Below are positions 63,861-64,000 of a stretch of DNA of 64,000 bases, piece by piece; position 1 is the stretch's first letter, and the number at the start of each line of letters is the position of its first letter. The notes under the pieces are model-generated. The model had not been told where the DNA came from. It did not search any database and worked only from the letters and a program-made list of their open reading frames with translations. This DNA comes from Felis catus (taxonomy: Eukaryota): the NCBI RefSeq assembly GCF_018350175.1, contig NC_058368.1, positions 226,860,001 to 226,924,000 of the forward strand, written 5' to 3'. The position numbers and the translations under genes were made by a program.

Positions 63861-64000
63861 TGTATCTCTGAAATTAAAGAGAACATTTACATCTGAGATC
63901 ACCGAAATCCTGACGAAAGCCTTGCACAGACCATCATCAGCATTCTTCGACAGACTCAAGGTTGCGAAGCAGATGTCAAGGAGCCTTAGCAGAAAAATAA

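Overview
This is mammalian, repeat-dominated DNA with no recognisable intact gene. About 25 tRNA-derived carnivore SINEs (Can-SINE), several of the young felid type, point to a cat-family genome. The one host-gene-derived sequence I recognise is a decayed processed pseudogene of NIFK (MKI67IP) at ~15428-16984. It sits inside an old L1 and is flanked by a SINE on one side and a Tigger-like MITE, itself holding a SINE, on the other. The window also contains a near full-length but degenerate ERVL provirus on the minus strand (~20067-26740: LTR, Leu-type PBS, gag, RT, RNase H, integrase, dUTPase-like, LTR). Other elements are a nested and partly inverted ERVL mosaic at 1-3790, a twin-primed 5'-inverted L1, an ERV1-type LTR with a tRNA-Glu PBS, and many MaLR LTRs, MER20, L2, MIR and microsatellites. 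One strong CTCF-like motif and a few enhancer-like unique segments are present. I found no evidence for a new biological system; the findings are mostly retrotransposition history and candidate regulatory DNA. All family names were recognised by eye from remembered consensus sequences, not from a database search, so subfamily labels and boundaries are approximate.
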